From assembly GCA_963706595.1 (NCBI GenBank), contig OY970166.1:992001-1056000 (forward strand): a stretch of 64,000 nt of DNA. Reading direction: 5' to 3'. Below, piece after piece: positions 1 through 10,131 of the stretch. The notes below the pieces were generated by a model that saw only the letters and a list, made by a program, of their open reading frames with translations, had not been told where the DNA came from and did no database searches. Origin of the DNA: an uncultured cyanobacterium (lineage in GTDB: Bacteria > Cyanobacteriota > Cyanobacteriia > Cyanobacteriales > Nostocaceae). Each line of letters begins with the position of its first letter. Position 1 is the first letter of the stretch. The translations under genes and the position numbers were made by a program.

Positions 1-488
1 ATTGGTAAATAACTGGAAACTTTCTGTGCAAAGCTCTATAAAAGGATATTCTACATAGGTTCGAAATTCATGATATCTAAAAGAATGAGGCATTCATTAA
101 GATCTTCTGCATATGCTTCGTTCCAGTCATCTATTAAGCAAAGGCTTTGGCTCATTCTGTAAAAAATTATTTGACTCTATGGTTCATCATTTCTATGACT
201 GGTATCGAATAAATAGCATTATGAATTATTTATGGAATTATGATTTTGGTAATGTTGACGTGTTGGAAGGAAGAATTAACGAACCACGAAGGCACTAGAT
301 TCTAAATTTGGAAGAAGGCAAGTTAGCAGAGTATAAAATGGGAGAAGGAAACGAAGGAAGAGGAGGAAAAAGAGATCAACAAATTTCATCTATTTTTCAT
401 CTAATGCAACATTTTAAGCTTGCCACACTACTACCTGTCTGTAAGCACAAAGCGCAGGCTACGCCAACAGTAATCAAATATTAGTCCT

Positions 489-658
489 ATATCTAGTTGC
501 TGACTCTCTTAATTGCTCAATATCTTGTCGTAATATGCTGCTTTAATACGAGGATTAGTTTCGTAGCGTAGTGCATCCTCGAACTCCTTAAGCAGTTTGA
601 GGTCTTGGTCAACGTTGTTGGCTAAGTCTTGGAGTCTTTTATTGAGAACGGAAGAAAT
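489..658 (-). pseudogene. Degraded fragment of a small helical-hairpin domain (effector-associated-domain-like)
   Basis: Minus strand reads (I)SSVLNKRLQDLANNVDQDLKLLKEFEDALRYETNPRIKAAY, then after a frameshift near 530 RQDIEQLRESATRY. ATT sits where a start ATG is expected. Family resemblance is from memory. Confidence 0.5.
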
Positions 659-992
659 TACAATCTGGATTTTGGTTTGCAGTTTAGTGGCTTATGTTAC
701 CTTAACATTTTTTACTTCTGAAGTGATTAGCATGGCAATGAAATACATTAAATTTTCAGGATTATTATTTCACGATGGGATGTCTGCGGGGGCGTAGCAA
801 TTATCACTAAAATACCTAGTTTCATTGAAAATTAAGTTATTTAATTGACAATTTAATCCTGATTTCACAAAATTGCGTTGCTACCAAGTTCACTTATGTG
901 GTAATTTTTTTACCAACCGAAGCAAAGTTAAAACCTTTAGGGATGAGAAATTTCTTTGGTATTCAAAAATGCTATGAGAACTTGATACGTAA

Positions 993-1367
993 GTGAATAG
1001 ATATCTAATTATAGGAATTATCGTAACTTTTTTAGGGGAAGCTTTCATCGGCAAAACTTGGGCGCAGCCTCCCAATTGCATTGCCAACAGTTTACCCGCA
1101 TTTACCAAACCCGCCAATAGTGTCAACCAGGGCAATGTGATTGTGATTGGCAGAGTTGCAGCCCGTCCTTATGTAGTTGTTGTTCCCAACAATTCAGACA
1201 CAGCCTTAGATACTGTCAAGAGATATATTGGCGATGCCTTTTTAGCACAGCACAAACTGGGTCCTTACATACACGCTGGAGGATTTGCACAAAGGAAGCA
1301 AGCACAGTGCTGGTCTAATTTGTTGAGATATCACGGACTAGATGCACGAGTTGTTTATTTTCGTTGA
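993..1367 (+). CDS. Hypothetical exported protein (SPOR-like C-terminus)
   Basis: 124-aa ORF with signal-peptide-like N-terminus and cyanobacterial-type motifs PYVVVVP, GPYIHAG and GLDARVVYF. Confidence 0.65.
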   Translation: MNRYLIIGIIVTFLGEAFIGKTWAQPPNCIANSLPAFTKPANSVNQGNVIVIGRVAARPYVVVVPNNSDTALDTVKRYIGDAFLAQHKLGPYIHAGGFAQRKQAQCWSNLLRYHGLDARVVYFR

Positions 1368-1616
1368 AACTCACATCTTCCACCTAGCCCTGGAACCCTG
1401 GGAAATCACAGCTATACAAACTAAGTCCGCACTATGGCTAACGCCACGCTACGCTAACGACAAGCTCAGTGACCGCCTGCGCGGACTAACAGAAAATCAA
1501 GGTTTTCAACCCACGTAGGTGGGTTTCGCCTGTGTAGCCGCGACTTCTAGTCGCCTGGTGCAAGATATGAGGAAAGCTATTGTTGCTGAGAATCTATTTT
1601 TTAAATTGGTCCAAAC

Positions 1617-2453
1617 ATGATGAAACCTTGGTGGATTGGTAAATTTATTCTGCTGCAAGTGCTGTTAGTTGGTACTCTTCATGCTTCCGCCGCAGATCGT
1701 CGTTTACAGGTGACAGTAAAACGCTGGTTAGAGGTGCGCCAGCCCATTGGACAGGTGCTGTATTCCCGTGGAAAGACTTCTCAACCAGCTCGCAGCGGCC
1801 TCAGACTCCAAGCGGTGGGAGATACAATTATTACCAAGCAAAACTCCAGTGCAGTTCTGTCCATAGATATAGGCACGGGCTTGATTAAAATCTCAGAAAA
1901 TACAAATGTCAATATCCAAAAACTAGATAGGGGAAGGGGAGGAGAACAGATTACACAACTCCAGGTCAAGGCTGGGCAAGTTCGTCTCCAGATTCGTCCA
2001 TTTACTAATCCAGCCTCCCGTTTAGATATTAAATCACCGGCTGGGGTGGCTGGGGTGCGGGGTACTGATTTTGGTGTAAACGTACAGCAGAATGGCAAAA
2101 TGGGCGTGGCAACTTTGTCGGGTAGTGTAGCGACAAATGCCCAAGGGAAGACGGTTCTAGTTAAGGCTGGTTTCCAAAATGTGACGATTCCCGGTGAACC
2201 GCCTTCAAAACCCGTGCCTCTACAGGAAAATACTCGTCTGAATATCCGTGAACTCTCCGCTAGTGGTAATCAGGTGAGAATTGTCGGTAGTGTTGATCCG
2301 GTAAACCTGCTGATAATTGCCAAGCAGGATCGAAAAACAGATTTTAGTGGCAAATTTGATATTACTGTTCCTTTACTGCCTAACCGCAAAGTAGAAGCTG
2401 TTGTGGTGACTCCTTTAGGAACAAGACAATTGTATGAGTTGGCGGTTCCTTAG
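1617..2453 (+). CDS. FecR-domain protein
   Basis: Signal peptide; FecR motifs GDTIIT and IKSPAGVAGVRGTDF. Confidence 0.85.
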   Translation: MMKPWWIGKFILLQVLLVGTLHASAADRRLQVTVKRWLEVRQPIGQVLYSRGKTSQPARSGLRLQAVGDTIITKQNSSAVLSIDIGTGLIKISENTNVNIQKLDRGRGGEQITQLQVKAGQVRLQIRPFTNPASRLDIKSPAGVAGVRGTDFGVNVQQNGKMGVATLSGSVATNAQGKTVLVKAGFQNVTIPGEPPSKPVPLQENTRLNIRELSASGNQVRIVGSVDPVNLLIIAKQDRKTDFSGKFDITVPLLPNRKVEAVVVTPLGTRQLYELAVP

Positions 2454-2467
2454 TTTAATGTGATGAC

Positions 2468-4333
2468 ATGATCATTCCCGAATGGAGAAAATCTCTGAGA
2501 GATATTCCCAAGTGCCTCCGACGTTCCATTTTAGAAAACCATTTACTGTTTCCTGGTATATTAACTACGCTGTTGTCTTTGGGTTTATGGCAAATAGGCG
2601 CTTGGCAACCCTTAGAGCTATTAGGATTTAATTTATTGTTTAATGTGCGTCATTCTTTAGTCCCTACTGATTGGGATTCGCGCCTGGCTGTAATTGGCAT
2701 TGACGATGCTACATTGCGTCAGTATGGAGAGTTTCCACTTGCACGCGATCGCTATACTCAATTATTAACTACTTTAGAAGCTGCTTCCCCCGCCGCTATT
2801 GGCTTTGATATTCTGTTTATCGAACCCAGTCATCACGATGCGGGACTAGCTGAAGCAATGGAAATCAATGGTCAAGTTGTTTTGGCGATCGCACCCAGTT
2901 TGCAGAGACAGACGCTTCGCCCAGTGCCAGTTTTAGATCGTGTGACTAGCAAAGGGCATATTGTCAGTAATGCCGATTTGGATGGGGTAACACGTCAATT
3001 CTCCCTCTACATCGATCAAGTCCCCAGCCTGAGTATGACGTTGCTACAAGCATACAATCACAGTTTGCAGTATACCTTTACCTCAGATACCACTAACTCT
3101 AAGCAATCACTGATTCCTTTACCATCTCTGCAATCAGGAGTAACAACAGTATCGATTAATTGGGTAGCACCAACACAGGGTAAGCAAGGAATCCCCACCT
3201 ATTCCCTGGCTGATGTGATTCAGAGAAAAGTAGATACAACCAAACTAAAAAACAAAATTTTGTTAGTGGGATTGACTGCTACAGGTACACATGATCCCTT
3301 AAAAACTCCCTTCGAGCAAATATCGCCCACATTTGGGGTCTACCTCCATGCGGCTGTAATTGATAATCTCCTCAACCAGCGATTTCTGCAAACTTTACCC
3401 CGAAAATTTGAACGTTGGCTATTATTTAGTGTGGTGATCAGTTCAACTTTGATACTAACACCTTTGAAGTTTCCTCAAAGAATTTTTATTTTGGGATTGT
3501 TGCCGATTCTTTGGTTCAGTATATCCCTACTAGCTTTAACAAGATTTAATTTCTGGTTGCCGACATCTGCGCCCATTGGCACAATTATTTTGAGTGGCTT
3601 AAGTGTTCAGTGGCAAGAACAAAAAGAAAAACAACAATTGATGAATTTATTTGCTCGTCATGTTTCCCAAGAAACAGCGACATTAATTTGGCAGCATCGC
3701 AACGAAATTTTTCAAAATGGTCAATTAGATGCTAAAGAAATGGTAGCAACGGTTTTATTTACTGATATTCGCAAGTTTACTACTATTTCTGAGGGGATGA
3801 AACCACGAGATTTACTCGACTGGTTAAACTCTTATTTAGGTGCTATGGCTGAGTGCATTCAACAGCATCACGGAGTGGTTGATAAATACATTGGCGATGC
3901 TATTATGGCTGTTTTTGGTATTCCCTTCCCCCACACTCTTCCCGGAGAAATCCAACAGGATGCTATTCAGGCTGTCTCTGCTGCAATTGCTATGCAGGAA
4001 CGATTAGTATTGTTGAACAAGGAATTAGCAAAACTGGGAAAACCTACTATTAGTATTGGCATTGGCATTCATACTGGTCTAGTGGTTGCTGGCAGTATTG
4101 GGGGATATCAAAGATTGAATTATTCTGTATTGGGAGATGCGGTAAATATTGCCGCTCGTTTGGAACAACTCAACAAAAATGTCAAAGAGGAAAATTCTTA
4201 TAATATTTTAGTCAGCGAAACAACATATCAGCTAATTAAGCAGCATTTTTCTACTCAAAAAGTGCAGCAGATGCAACTGCGTGGGCGGCAACAATTAACA
4301 ATGATTTATTCTATTACCAGTCGTAGTGCCTAA
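2468..4333 (+). CDS. CHASE2-domain class III adenylate/guanylate cyclase
   Basis: CHASE2 (VIGIDD, IGFDILF, DLDGVTR, GVYLHA), three TM helices, cyclase motifs FTDIRKFT, VDKYIGDAIM and GDAVNIAARLE. Confidence 0.92.
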   Translation: MIIPEWRKSLRDIPKCLRRSILENHLLFPGILTTLLSLGLWQIGAWQPLELLGFNLLFNVRHSLVPTDWDSRLAVIGIDDATLRQYGEFPLARDRYTQLLTTLEAASPAAIGFDILFIEPSHHDAGLAEAMEINGQVVLAIAPSLQRQTLRPVPVLDRVTSKGHIVSNADLDGVTRQFSLYIDQVPSLSMTLLQAYNHSLQYTFTSDTTNSKQSLIPLPSLQSGVTTVSINWVAPTQGKQGIPTYSLADVIQRKVDTTKLKNKILLVGLTATGTHDPLKTPFEQISPTFGVYLHAAVIDNLLNQRFLQTLPRKFERWLLFSVVISSTLILTPLKFPQRIFILGLLPILWFSISLLALTRFNFWLPTSAPIGTIILSGLSVQWQEQKEKQQLMNLFARHVSQETATLIWQHRNEIFQNGQLDAKEMVATVLFTDIRKFTTISEGMKPRDLLDWLNSYLGAMAECIQQHHGVVDKYIGDAIMAVFGIPFPHTLPGEIQQDAIQAVSAAIAMQERLVLLNKELAKLGKPTISIGIGIHTGLVVAGSIGGYQRLNYSVLGDAVNIAARLEQLNKNVKEENSYNILVSETTYQLIKQHFSTQKVQQMQLRGRQQLTMIYSITSRSA

Positions 4334-4362
4334 ATTACCCGAATAGAATTCGGGGGAGTATG

Positions 4363-5703
4363 TCAATGAGTAATTTTAAATTCTAAGACTTTGCTTTTAC
4401 CAGGATTCATTAATCCATAAGGATCAACCATTTCTTTAAATTTTAACTGCTCAGGGTCAATGACCTTTCTGCCGCCATCTTCAATAATATATGTGTGGGG
4501 ATTGGCAATAGAGACACCCTTGGCTTCGTGATAGCGAATAATTTCATTCAGGCGTTCTTCTGTGCTGTAACGCACAAGTTGTAAAGCACCAGGAATTACT
4601 TTACCATTGACTCGAAAAAATTCTAAATGCATCATCACTTCATCACCAAAATAATGAGACAGATGCTCTATCAGTTCTAAGTTAGCATCAGATGGAAACA
4701 TACTTTGTAAATAAGTAATGGAAGTATCTACACTTCGGGCGTGAAGAGTGGTGTGATTCCAAGTAAATTCTCCCAAGTTGATACTTTTTTCTGTGGTTAG
4801 TTTTTGATATGTAATCTCTCCACCGTATTGCTGCACTAAACCGGGTAATAATTCTAAGCTGGATTCAGCCAGCATTAACAAGACTGAGTGAGTACCTTCA
4901 GGAATATACTGTTGCAGAGGATGAAAGTATTGGGAAATAGGCGATGCAAATACCGAAATCAGTTTTTTAATCATGCCATCAGCATTACCCAGGGCTTGCC
5001 CAAACTTGGCTGCTGCCATAAAATCGTCAAATGTGACAATCACTTCTGCCCAAGGGTAAGCAGGTCCTAAAGGAATTTCGGCTTCGGTGATTATGCCATT
5101 AATTCCCCAAGCATGAGTCACTTTCTGCACATCGTCGCCACGTAATTCGATCACGCGAGGCTGATCTTCTAAAGTTACCACTCGCAGGGCTAAAATATTA
5201 CCGCGATCGCCTAATAACCCATATTGTATTGACCCAATACCGCCACTCCCACCAGCAATAAATCCCCCAATAGTCGCTGTGCGGTATGTAGAAGGAGCCA
5301 TGCGAATTTCCCAGCCAATTTCTCGCGCTTTTTTATCGATAGCAGCCAACTTCACCCCAGCTTCTACCCGCGCCACCCCAGGCTTTACCCAAGGTATCCC
5401 CTGCATCTTCGACATATCTAAAATTACGCCGCCATGTAAAGGCACACACTGTCCATAATTACCAGTTCCTGCGCCTCTGACCGTCACAGGTATTTGGCAT
5501 TGGACACAAGCGGCTGCAACCTTGATTACTTCTTCCTCATTAGCCGGACGCACCACAATATCCCCAACTTTCCCCGCCAGCTTGGGGACTAAAACCGGAC
5601 TAAAAGTGTGATAATCCTGGGATAACTTAGCCACCTGAGTGGGTTCGGTAACAATTTCTATACCTTCGAGAGAATTAATCAAATTATCTAAAGTTTTCGT
5701 CAT
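4363..5703 (-). CDS. FAD-binding oxidoreductase (FAD_binding_4 family)
   Basis: RGAGTGNYGQ, ATIGGF and C-terminal DPYGLMNPGK. Confidence 0.85.
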   Translation of the reverse strand: MTKTLDNLINSLEGIEIVTEPTQVAKLSQDYHTFSPVLVPKLAGKVGDIVVRPANEEEVIKVAAACVQCQIPVTVRGAGTGNYGQCVPLHGGVILDMSKMQGIPWVKPGVARVEAGVKLAAIDKKAREIGWEIRMAPSTYRTATIGGFIAGGSGGIGSIQYGLLGDRGNILALRVVTLEDQPRVIELRGDDVQKVTHAWGINGIITEAEIPLGPAYPWAEVIVTFDDFMAAAKFGQALGNADGMIKKLISVFASPISQYFHPLQQYIPEGTHSVLLMLAESSLELLPGLVQQYGGEITYQKLTTEKSINLGEFTWNHTTLHARSVDTSITYLQSMFPSDANLELIEHLSHYFGDEVMMHLEFFRVNGKVIPGALQLVRYSTEERLNEIIRYHEAKGVSIANPHTYIIEDGGRKVIDPEQLKFKEMVDPYGLMNPGKSKVLEFKITH

Positions 5704-5935
5704 AGTTCATATCCTCTTTTTTTAAACCCAGACCTAACTCCGCGTCCCTTTGCGGTTGGAATTTTCCCACTCCTACTTACTCAATATAAACTGGCAGCGA
5801 CTGATGCGATCGCGAGTCGCAAGAGACAAAAAATCAAACTTTGAGCCAAAAAAAGCTAAACACTTTTTCAGTCATTCTGCTAATCTGAGTAAATTTCCTT
5901 AAAATCTATCAAGTGAGCGCGCGAGGCTACGAAGA

Positions 5936-6727
5936 TTGGACGACAACTATCAAACTTACCTAAATCGGGTAGCAAGAATGACGCTACCAGAAGCTTACAG
6001 ATCCCAAATTCAGCACATTCAGGAATCTGCTAAGTTTCATTTGCATTCTGGCTCCAGACAAGCCGCACCTTTTCCTGGGTATTCACTCATTACCCCACCG
6101 GCGGCAGAACAACCAAAAAACGCGGCTTTCCATGCCAAATTAGAATCTTACCAGCAGGAACTTTTACAGTTACCTGTGGGCTGTGATTTGATTGTCCCTC
6201 TACCCCCTGCTAGCTTTCATTTGACTTTAGCTGACTTGATTTGGGACAGTGCTTATGTTCATGCGTGTGAAAAAGACCCTGAATTTGACCAACATTTACG
6301 TTCTTGTTGTGCTGAAATATTGCAGCAGTATCAACAATCCTTGACAAATGGAACTGAGCCGATTCAATGGCAAATGTTGGGATTAATCGTGATGCCGAGA
6401 GCCGTCGGTGTTTGTTTAGTCCCGAAGGATGAACGCTGCTATGAGCAGATTATTCAATTTCGCCGCAAAATCTATCAAAATCCGAAGTTAATGGCTTTGG
6501 GTATTGAACAGCATTATCACCATTTTACAGCCCACGTCACATTAGGCTATTTTGGGGAGGTTTCACCAGACTTAGACCGTAAAAATCTCGGTACTATGCT
6601 TTGGGAGTTGAATCAGCAATGGCAACTCAATTCTCCAGAATTTTTAATCCACCGTGTGGAACTACGAAAATTTGACGATATGACACACTACTATCGTGAA
6701 GCAGACTGGCCGAGTTTAAATTTTTAG
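5936..6727 (+). CDS. DUF1868-type 2H-phosphoesterase-fold protein
   Basis: Two HxT motifs (FHLTL, AHVTL) and FPGYS motif. Confidence 0.75.
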   Translation: MDDNYQTYLNRVARMTLPEAYRSQIQHIQESAKFHLHSGSRQAAPFPGYSLITPPAAEQPKNAAFHAKLESYQQELLQLPVGCDLIVPLPPASFHLTLADLIWDSAYVHACEKDPEFDQHLRSCCAEILQQYQQSLTNGTEPIQWQMLGLIVMPRAVGVCLVPKDERCYEQIIQFRRKIYQNPKLMALGIEQHYHHFTAHVTLGYFGEVSPDLDRKNLGTMLWELNQQWQLNSPEFLIHRVELRKFDDMTHYYREADWPSLNF

Positions 6728-6781
6728 TCTCATCAAATAAATACCAGAATCTTTATTTTTAAAGGTTTTGGTAAACTAGGC

Positions 6782-6825
6782 GTAAGTTGGCTGAAGCGTT
6801 GGTCAAGCCAACTTACAAATTTTTT
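6782..6825. terminator. Stem-loop, putative terminator
   Basis: 11-bp inverted repeat GTAAGTTGGCT...AGCCAACTTAC followed by AAATTTTTT. Confidence 0.45.
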
Positions 6826-6967
6826 GGCATCAATCTTGCTTGAAGAGGAGAATTTTCCACGAGTCAGATATTTCTAATTGTGTTGATTGATTAATCTTGA
6901 TACACAAACTCAGCACAAATGGCTAAAGTGTGCGATTATAAAGAAAATATTAAGAAAGGCAAAAATC

Positions 6968-7204
6968 ATGATCACTACTAAAATGATGCAACAGATTTGG
7001 GCTGTAATCGAGTCTACTCAAGTCACTACTTTGCTCCAGTTTGATGATGCTGCTTTAGTACAATTACTCATGAACAAGTTCAAATCTCAGCAAGTGCTTG
7101 ACATCCAGACAGATACTAGCCTCAATACCTACATCGAATCTAAACTGCCCTTAATTCGTGATACAGCTGAAGGACGACTATCCTTTGGAAAAGGCAATCA
7201 TTAG
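6968..7204 (+). CDS. Conserved small cyanobacterial hypothetical protein
   Basis: MITTKMMQQIWAVIE...KLPLIRD; start moved to ATG 6968. Confidence 0.7.
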   Translation: MITTKMMQQIWAVIESTQVTTLLQFDDAALVQLLMNKFKSQQVLDIQTDTSLNTYIESKLPLIRDTAEGRLSFGKGNH

Positions 7205-7277
7205 TGCAATAAACAAAATAATTACACATAATTAATATATATGGTCAATTATTATCTCAGAATTTAACGACAAAATT

Positions 7278-7544
7278 ATGAATCACTGGCTAGGAATTGC
7301 CCTGGTAGCTTATCTCATTGGAGCAGCAATTGAAGGGGTGAGTACAGTCAGTCAGCTATCTCGTTCAGTTCAACAGCTAGCTCAAGGCACGCAAAACCAA
7401 TCATCAGAATCAGATCCTCCGCCTAGCTTAAATTGGCAACTTTTGACCACCATTGCCTCGGTCAGTATCTGTGGAGCTTTTTGCTGGCCTTGCCGACTGT
7501 TCCACCGTTCAATTAAAGGGTGCATTTCATCTAAAAAATTGTAA
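7278..7544 (+). CDS. Hypothetical membrane protein
   Basis: 88 aa with two hydrophobic segments and a WPxRL motif. Confidence 0.55.
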   Translation: MNHWLGIALVAYLIGAAIEGVSTVSQLSRSVQQLAQGTQNQSSESDPPPSLNWQLLTTIASVSICGAFCWPCRLFHRSIKGCISSKKL

Positions 7545-7642
7545 ATTATATAACTTATTATGAATTTTTTTGGCAATCTTATATTTGCGTAATATTGGGT
7601 TTGGTGTGCAACTTGTAGGCGCAACAGCTTATTTAGGCTTAT

Positions 7643-7891
7643 TTATGCCGTATGTATGGTTCGCTCATCTGTGTAGCACTCTAGGTCTAATCTTGCTAAA
7701 TAACTGGCGAATTCACTTGCATCATCCCAACTGGTAAATCGAGCATATAGTACGGAATTACCTTCTTTTTCGTCGAAACAGCACTCAGTCTTATAAACTT
7801 TACCCGATAAATACGCTTTAATTTCTTTGACACTTTCTGGGCTGAAGATATATTTATTTTCCCGGAAACCTTCTACACAATCGCCAGTCAC
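7643..7891 (-). CDS. Small hypothetical protein
   Basis: 82-aa ORF with natural-looking composition; start uncertain. Confidence 0.4.
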   Translation of the reverse strand: MTGDCVEGFRENKYIFSPESVKEIKAYLSGKVYKTECCFDEKEGNSVLYARFTSWDDASEFASYLARLDLECYTDERTIHTA

Positions 7892-8127
7892 AACAAATCT
7901 ATACTTACCCCTGAATTTGATAAATATGTCAATCCATTTATGGGTCGTTAGCTATCAGCAGTTTTTACCCGGATTTGTGTTTGATGTTTTTTGGTCTTTT
8001 ATACTCAATATGCTAACGCTAAATAAATGCTCATACTACTCCTAATAGGTAGTATGGAAAAACTAACCCATACTTCATAAGGATGTAAAATAAAAGTACA
8101 CAAAGATATAAGTTATTGAATTATCCT

Positions 8128-8916
8128 ATGCAAAACTCCACATCTGGAAATGACGGAGATTTTATCCGGCAGATTGCGACATTGACTGCAATTATTGGCG
8201 CTTTTCTTGTCAATGTAATATCAAATATTTTTCCGCTTAATGGATCTCGTATAGGTGATATTTCTAATACTTTGTTCGCTAATGTTCTGATTATCCCGGC
8301 TAATTATGCTTTTGCAATTTGGGGATTGATTTATCTAGGATTGTTCGCATTGGCAATTTACCAAGTTCTCCCCAACCAAAGACATGATCTAGATTTACGC
8401 AAAACTGGATATTTATTGGTAATTGCCTCTGTTGCTCAAAGTGTCTGGGTATATCTTTTCCTTTCTAGACTTTTTGCACTTTCTGTTGTGGCGATGTTGT
8501 TAATTCTCCTCCCATTAATTGCTGCTTATTTGCGTTTAGGGATTGGGAAAAAGCGTGTGTCTCAGAGTAAGAAGTGGTGCGTTCATTTTCCTATCAGTAT
8601 TTATCTGGGCTGGATTAGTGTGGCGACGATTGTGAATGTGGCTTCTTGGTTGTATTTCGTGGGGTGGAATGGATGGGGAATTTCTGCCCAATTATGGACT
8701 GCTATGATGTTATTGGTGGCTTTTTGTGTTGCAGCAGTCATTGTGAACCAGCGTCGAGACTTTGCTTATCCAGGAGTTAGTGTGTGGGCTTTGGTAGCGA
8801 TCGCACTCAAGCAGTGGAACAACTCTTTACTCAGGAATGTAGCATTAATTTTGGCCATTGCCTTAATTGTGATGATCACGGTGAAAAGTCTACAAAATCA
8901 ACGTACAGGGGCATAA
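8128..8916 (+). CDS. TspO/MBR-like tryptophan-rich membrane protein
   Basis: PANYAFAIWGLIY and PISIYLGWISVATIVN motifs; multiple TM helices. Confidence 0.8.
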   Translation: MQNSTSGNDGDFIRQIATLTAIIGAFLVNVISNIFPLNGSRIGDISNTLFANVLIIPANYAFAIWGLIYLGLFALAIYQVLPNQRHDLDLRKTGYLLVIASVAQSVWVYLFLSRLFALSVVAMLLILLPLIAAYLRLGIGKKRVSQSKKWCVHFPISIYLGWISVATIVNVASWLYFVGWNGWGISAQLWTAMMLLVAFCVAAVIVNQRRDFAYPGVSVWALVAIALKQWNNSLLRNVALILAIALIVMITVKSLQNQRTGA

Positions 8917-8920
8917 ATGG

Positions 8921-10120
8921 ATGGAACCAAGTACTCATCCACAAGATTGGTCATGGCACTTTTGGCCGGCTGTACCACTCTATCCCTACGGTAGGCGACG
9001 GACAATTTGCGCGGAAATAGTCAAGGATACGATCTGGACATTCGACCAGCTTCAAGGCATTCTCTACACTGTTGTGCCGATTCGGATGACTGTAATTAAA
9101 CTCGCAGCCGGAGGTCTTCTGGTTTATGCACCAGTTGCTCCCACTGTTGAATGTGTGCGTCTAGTTAATGAGTTAGTCACCAAGCACGGTGATGTTAAGT
9201 ACATCATTTTGCCAACGAGTTCTGGTCTAGAACATAAAGTTTTTGTTGGACCTTTTGCTAGATGCTTTCCACAAGCGCAGGTTTTTGTGGCTCCCAATCA
9301 ATGGAGTTTCCCACTCAATTTACCCCTGAGTTGGCTGGGTTTTCCCCAAAAACGCACTCAGGTACTTCCATTCGATAGTAGCCAAAGTCCTTTTGCTGAT
9401 GAGTTTGATTATCAGGTGCTGGATATCGATTTGGGACGGGGTTCCTTTGCAGAAGTGGCATTTTTTCACAGGCGATCGCACACTCTGCTGCTGACTGATT
9501 CTATACTGTCTATACCAGAGGAACCACCTGCTATTACCCAATTAGATCCCTATCCCTTGCTGTTTCATGCTAGAGATCATGCTGGGGAAGCGATCGCAGA
9601 TTATCCAGAAAATCGCCGCAAGGGATGGCAACGAATTTCACTGTTTGCCGTTTATTTTCGTCCTCATGCCCTGGAAATCACTGGATTCGGGCAAATGTTT
9701 CGCGACGCATTCAAAGCACCACAGCATTCACCACAGGCTTATTTTGGTTTATTTCCCTTTCGCTGGCGAGAGGACTGGCGACAGTCATTCCATATCCTAC
9801 GAGGTAATGGACGTTTATTTGTAGCGCCGATCCTGCAAATTCTGATTCTCCCCCAAGCACCAAAACAAGTCCTGATCTGGGCTGATCAAGTTGCAACTTG
9901 GGATTTTCGCCAAATTATCGCCTGTCATTTTGATTCGCCTATTCAGGCCAGTCCCGCTCAATTCCGCCAAGCATTTAATTTTCTAGAAAAGCCACCCGCC
10001 TTAAATAAGGACTTATCTGAAAACAGAAACCAGCCTCTGTCACCGTCAGATATGCAATTCATTCGAGAAATTGAGGCGACTCTAACTAAGCAGGGGATCG
10101 CAAAGCCACCTAAAATCTAA
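8921..10120 (+). CDS. DUF4336 metallo-beta-lactamase-like protein
   Basis: PIRMTVIKL, GLEHKVF, EVAFFH and ACHF motifs. Confidence 0.8.
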   Translation: MEPSTHPQDWSWHFWPAVPLYPYGRRRTICAEIVKDTIWTFDQLQGILYTVVPIRMTVIKLAAGGLLVYAPVAPTVECVRLVNELVTKHGDVKYIILPTSSGLEHKVFVGPFARCFPQAQVFVAPNQWSFPLNLPLSWLGFPQKRTQVLPFDSSQSPFADEFDYQVLDIDLGRGSFAEVAFFHRRSHTLLLTDSILSIPEEPPAITQLDPYPLLFHARDHAGEAIADYPENRRKGWQRISLFAVYFRPHALEITGFGQMFRDAFKAPQHSPQAYFGLFPFRWREDWRQSFHILRGNGRLFVAPILQILILPQAPKQVLIWADQVATWDFRQIIACHFDSPIQASPAQFRQAFNFLEKPPALNKDLSENRNQPLSPSDMQFIREIEATLTKQGIAKPPKI

Positions 10121-10131
10121 TTGGTAAAATA

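Noticed and set aside
113..1135. Short ORFs 113-298, 597-797 and 890-1135, and other antisense ORFs under 120 aa inside genes
   Set aside because: No motifs; most are shadows of real genes or of the minus-strand pseudogene.
2468..6727. Cyclase plus 2H phosphoesterase as a cyclic-nucleotide defence system
   Set aside because: They are separated by an opposite-strand oxidoreductase, there is no effector gene, and both look like ordinary cyanobacterial genes.
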